Shown: positions 60,558 through 64,000 of the stretch, piece after piece | Numbering within the stretch: position 1 is the first letter of the stretch | How the letters are laid out: the number at the start of each line of letters is the position of its first letter | NCBI RefSeq assembly: GCF_052425735.1 | Contig: NC_135760.1 | Span: forward strand, 21,142,001-21,206,000 | Reading direction: 5' to 3' | Source of the DNA: Oculina patagonica | Taxonomy: Eukaryota | DNA: 64,000 bases | Notes under the pieces: model-generated | Told to the model about the DNA's origin: nothing | The model's input: only the letters and a program-made list of their open reading frames with translations | Database searches by the model: none | Position numbers and translations under genes: made by a program

Positions 60558-61601
60558 ATAAAGGCGCAGCTCAGAGAGGAATGGGGACGAGGGCTCGCAC
60601 TATACTGTACTTTACGAAATTTTCCAGCGTTCGGCTACGAACAGTCGCCATTCATTCCTTAGATTTAAAGGGGCCGTGTCACAGCTGAGTTAAGTTTATG
60701 TGTTATTTCCGCTAGGTAATATATTCGACTTGAACTTGTGATTTTTTTGGGACGCAACGGCGTCACACAACAGGAAATTTTGCAGCAAACAATGTCATGA
60801 CGTACATGGCGTGAATGGCGTGCTGCGAGGTCAAGGCGACCGATACATTCCACATATATAGGGCCCGGATATAGGGCAATTTTTGAAACTAGCTCTGAAA
60901 AAACGGAAAAGAATTGCTATTCATAAGGCAAACGTATAAATTAGTAACAAAAACTGGGACAGGTCTGATAACTTTTACATCAGCCTTACTTTATACTATA
61001 AATGTTCGAATTAGCTACAGTAAATGATTTTCACCCACTTGTAGTGCGTTTACTATCGTTTCTATTTTATAATTTCAAAGAACATTCTAACGGTTTTACT
61101 GTTTCCGTGGTTTTGTGGCAAACTGAGTGGAACTTTTAAGATGGGTCTTGCTTCAACAGCTGTTTTGAACTCTCCAAAACTTTTGAGAGTGTTTAAACAA
61201 AGGGATAAAAGCTTTCCATTTCGTTCATGAAGGCAAAAGTCGAAATTAATTTTTACGTTTCAGTTAAGTCGTGATGAATGAATTTGAATCAATGACAATG
61301 CGTTTATCTTCTTAATTAATAAAAATATCTTTTATCTTCTTAATTAAGAAATACAAATCGGTACTCCATGTTTCCATAGAGCTATGGAAACCGTGACTGG
61401 AACTTTTTGGATAGCTAGTCAGGCTATGGAATGACATGTTTCCTCAGGTGCTGTTTCGAGCTCTTCCTAGCCTTCACGACTGTTTACCAACTCTGTGGAA
61501 AGTTTTCTATTTTGTTTAAGAAATTAGCGCCAAAAATACAAAATTTTTATGTTTCTATAGAGTTATTGCGAATAGTTTTTCAACAACAACAATGCATTTT
61601 T

Positions 61602-62106
61602 AAGCGATGACGTGTAACTGATGACGTCATCGCTTTAATGCAGGCACCCGATCGACCGGATCCGTTTAGCTCAATCGAACAGAAATCAAGTTTAACTTAA
61701 TAACAAGAAATCGCTGCGTGGAACACAAAAGCAAAATACTCCCGTGCAGTAAGAATGGGACCCTAAAATGTATAAACGAAAGAGACTAAATTTTATATGA
61801 TGGCATCTATTAGATTTGGTAGACATAGATTTCTAATTCTTAGAAGATACAGGGCCACTGTAAGCAAGAGACCGTTTGACCTTTCTCGCAGCTTAAAAGC
61901 TAGCTCCCGCGTATCGTATGTCGTTTATCGCAAGTCACGCTATAAGACCTATAATATAACGTAATCTTTGTTGAGACAACATAGGGAAATCAAAAAATAT
62001 ATATATATAACTGTAGTTGTACAATTGAGCAAATCTACGAAGAAAATGTATTTTTAACCCCTTGTGAAACGTCATCGCTTCAGCATGTATTGCATGCCGT
62101 TTATTA
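61602..62106 (+). mobile_element. Helentron/HINE (DINE-1-like) non-autonomous element present in block B only
   Basis: 5' subTIR aagcgatgacgt with adjacent inverted copy, 3' subTIR acgtcatcgctt (62069-62080), terminal hairpin gcatg-tattg-catgc, T-rich insertion site. Absent at 47740. Confidence 0.65.
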
Positions 62107-62406
62107 TTAAATGTAGAAGAATGTCGGGCAACCGGGAGTGCATGGTGTGCCCGCTCGGAGCATTACTTGCGCGCTGCTTTTCAATTTATGTGCTCGGTCG
62201 CTTTACAAACCACCTCTCTCTAATAATATAGCTTCTTTTAAACTCTAGTAGACCAGAGAGCGCGCGCGCGAACGCACTTTGACGGTCCACTTTGTTCGAA
62301 TTCTAGAAAGTGGATATCATGTAGCTAGGATTTATATATTTACTTGAGATCGAAATGATCAGATTGTAAATTTGATGCGAAAGAAACTCGAATAGCCGCT
62401 ATTATG

Positions 62407-62532
62407 ACTGACTCGTCCCCAGTCGTCTTTTATGCGAAAATTGCAAGACGCGAAGGATGAAATCCCATGATTCCCTCCGTGTTCAGCAGTCGACTCAAGA
62501 CGGACTCAAAAGACGACTGGGGACGAGTCAGG
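62407..62532. mobile_element. Short MITE with 8-bp TSD (hAT-like), block B only
   Basis: ctgactcgtccccagtcgtctttt / aaaagacgactggggacgagtcag. CTATTATG at 62399-62406 and 62533-62540. Confidence 0.85.
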
Positions 62533-63057
62533 CTATTATGATACGAAGTGTAACACATAGACCAACTTCCGGCCTCAATGTTGAAAGAAAATCTTCTGAA
62601 AAATGGAGACCGAGTCCATGAACAAACAGAAAAATCAAAAGATTTTTTCATCGCGCTGCTATAAGATAACAAAATATTTCGCATTTAGCTTTGTTTGTTT
62701 GGGTTTCGACTTTTTCAGTTCGTGGCATGCAGAAAAGTTATACCCAAACATTATTATTCTGGTGTGTACGTGTTCCGGCAAAATCACGACTAAACCGCAT
62801 GCTGAGCTGGAAAATAACTGGTATCCCACGATATCTTGAACGCAGAAACGCGAGCAAGAAAAGCGAATTAACTTACTAGATCCATTCCTTATTATAATTA
62901 ACGTGAATAGAAAGTAAGCTTAGGTGGGGATTTCTCTCGAAATCCAGGCCTACTTGAAATGTATACTTTTCAGAAATATTCTTACGTATCATTTGGCAAT
63001 GCTAGTTATGCTAGCGCTAATGAATTCATTAAATCAGTTAAAAATCTATTTCCTTAC

Positions 63058-63124
63058 CACAAAATCCACTGGCCTGCGAAAACAGGGCAAGAATCACCAA
63101 AATTGCCAACAGTTGGCAGTTCAT
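63058..63124 (-). pseudogene. Duplicated exon 1 (signal peptide) of the cobalamin-binding gene; orphan or alternative first exon
   Basis: MNCQLLAILVILALFSQASGFC|gtaagg is intact with its promoter, but the duplicated intron stops at ~61025 and has no exon 2 of its own. Confidence 0.8.
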
Positions 63125-63763
63125 GGTGACGTGTCGTCGTTTCAAATGATAAAATAAAAGCTTTTTCTGCAGATTCGAGTCCAAGTGACCTGAACAACGG
63201 GAAATCACATGAACGAAAGAAAGGTCGGGGTTACAGGGTATCACACGATATCACGTTACTGTGAGTCCCAGTCCTTATCAATACGACCCGAAACGCGAAC
63301 GAGGCAGGATTAAGGTGTTTTGCTAGCTCTGGAGAAGAGATTTATTACACTCCCCGTCTTTAACATTTAATCACAGCTACAACAATAAAACAATTTAATA
63401 CGCAAGGCTAGAAGGCTAGTAATACGGAAATGACAAAAGAGAATTATTTGTTTCCACGCCGTTGTCACGCAACATTACTCTCAACGCGTCACGCAGCGTT
63501 GCAGAATGTTTTTACGAATTACAAAAACACTGGAAATTGTTTGGCCAATATTTCGGCTTTATTACAACTAAGGAAGCTCTTTGTAATAAAACCAAAGTAT
63601 TGGCCAAACAATTTCCATTTTTTGTAATTCTTGAAATAATTATGTTATTTACAAGCATGTGATTATAATATTGTTACTAAAATAACATTGACTAAAGAAG
63701 AGGAGAAAGGACCAATGCTGCCCATGTATCAGTTTTGCAAGGCTTGTGCATGTTCATGTTATC

Positions 63764-64000
63764 TCAATGTCCTACAAGTTTTTCTAGCTCATTTGTGAAC
63801 TTGAGCAAATGAAACAAGTTTTTCAGTTTAAGAGTTTTTTCTAGACCCTTGTAGAAGTATTCCGGGCATTCTCCGCGGAGCTTCTGAAGATCGATCAATG
63901 TTTGCCCATTTAATTCCGAAATATTTTTCTTTTTGCACACCTTTGCCAATCCAATTTCTTTGAGCCATTTCTTGACATCTTGATTTGTCCAGCCAGATAC
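63764..64000 (-). CDS. ARM-TIR-SAM copy 3, C-terminal SAM part only (runs off the window)
   Basis: VSGWTNQDVKKWLKEIGLAKVC...LKFTNELEKLVGH*, nearly identical to copy 1. Confidence 0.88.
   Translation of the reverse strand, partial: VSGWTNQDVKKWLKEIGLAKVCKKKNISELNGQTLIDLQKLRGECPEYFYKGLEKTLKLKNLFHLLKFTNELEKLVGH

Larger units (their letters stand above)
61025..64000 (+). repeat. Segmental duplication block B (direct repeat of 47160-49597)
   Basis: Colinear match apart from the TE indels listed. Confidence 0.95.

Overview
Eukaryotic, intron-rich, AT-rich animal DNA. The gene set, tRNA-derived SINEs and MITE families look like an anthozoan cnidarian, probably a stony coral (inference). The assembly has one N gap and several apparent read artefacts. 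Genes from left to right: two tandem class-A GPCR paralogues (+); a 20-exon LIM-domain kinase (+, 7549-22121); a tetraspanin with two coding exons (+); a tRNA-Phe(GAA) gene carrying a 30-nt hairpin insertion in its T-loop (-), head-to-head with trichoplein/TCHP (+, about 20 exons); and a 5-exon secreted transcobalamin/intrinsic-factor-like B12-binding protein (-). The window ends in a recently duplicated and inverted cluster of three ARM-TIR-SAM genes, two complete and intronless and one cut by the window edge. That cluster is the best candidate for an undescribed system: SARM1-type domains in permuted order, a retained TIR catalytic Glu, paralogues that differ by presence or absence of an N-myristoylation signal and of a TATA/kB-like promoter block, and co-duplication with the promoter and first exon of the B12-binding gene. 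Exon models were built by hand from GT-AG sites and reading frame. No database searches were run.
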